This document shows, piece after piece, positions 63,523-64,000 of a stretch of DNA of 64,000 nucleotides (its first letter is position 1; each line of letters opens with the position of its first letter). A program made the position numbers and the translations under genes. The notes under the pieces were generated by a model. The model was not told the DNA's origin. It made no database searches and saw only the letters and a list, made by a program, of their open reading frames with translations. Source of the stretch: Squalus acanthias (lineage: Eukaryota); contig CM059431.1 of the NCBI GenBank assembly GCA_030390025.1, forward strand, positions 112,778,001-112,842,000, written 5' to 3'.

Positions 63523-64000
63523 GTCATAGATTTATACAGCACAGAAAGAGGCCCTTCGGCCCATCGTGTCCGCGCCGGCCATCAAGCCCTATCTATCAAG
63601 TGCTCATCTAAATGCTTCTTGAATGTTGTGAGGGTTCCTGCCTCTACCACCCTTTCAGGCAGAGAGTTCCAGATTCCAACCACCTTCTGGGTGAAAAAGT
63701 TTTTCCTCAAATCCCCTCTAAACCTCCTGCCCCTTACCTTGAAACTATGCCCCCTGGTTATTAACTCCTCTACTAAGGGGAAAAGTTCCTTTCTATCTAC
63801 CCTATCTATGCCCCTCATAATTTTGTACACCTCAATCAGGTCCCCCCTCAGCCTTCTCTGCTCTAAGGAAAACAACCCCAGCCTGTCCAGTCTCTCTTCA
63901 TAGCTGAAGCGCTCCAGCCCAGGTAACATCCTGGTGAATCTCCTCTGCACCCTCTCCAATGCAATCACATCCTTCCTATAGTGTGGCAACCAGAACTGCA
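63523..64000 (-). mobile_element. CR1 LINE 3' end, continues beyond window
   Basis: Open frame ALERVQRRFTRMLPGL..LRGDLIEVYK..WNSLP; GGCCGAAGGGCC 3' UTR. Confidence 0.92.

Overview
Vertebrate genomic DNA, most likely an elasmobranch (shark), judged from V-SINE/HE1-like, Deu-SINE, CR1, L2, RTE and Penelope repeats. The only host gene is the 5' part of MYCBP2 (PAM/Highwire/RPM-1 E3 ligase) on the minus strand. Coding exons 1-8 run from a CpG island at ~56.0-56.8 kb down to 462, and the gene continues off the left edge. All eight exons join in frame (1387 nt), and intron 2 is a GC-AG intron. Introns and the upstream flank are dense in transposons: a 9-kb nested CR1 stack, a young RTE, L2s, SINEs, a Tc1/mariner-type MITE, at least 8 PIF/Harbinger-type MITE copies and a decayed Harbinger transposase. 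Most noteworthy are (1) a 186-bp near-perfect Penelope palindrome with a minimal hammerhead ribozyme core in each arm, plus two tiny TSD-flanked relatives; (2) Harbinger MITEs that keep promoter-like motifs and 5' splice donors, i.e. candidate portable first-exon cassettes; and (3) a ~177-bp inverted self-duplication that disrupts the Harbinger transposase. Repeat boundaries and family names were assigned by eye and are approximate. No database searches were run.
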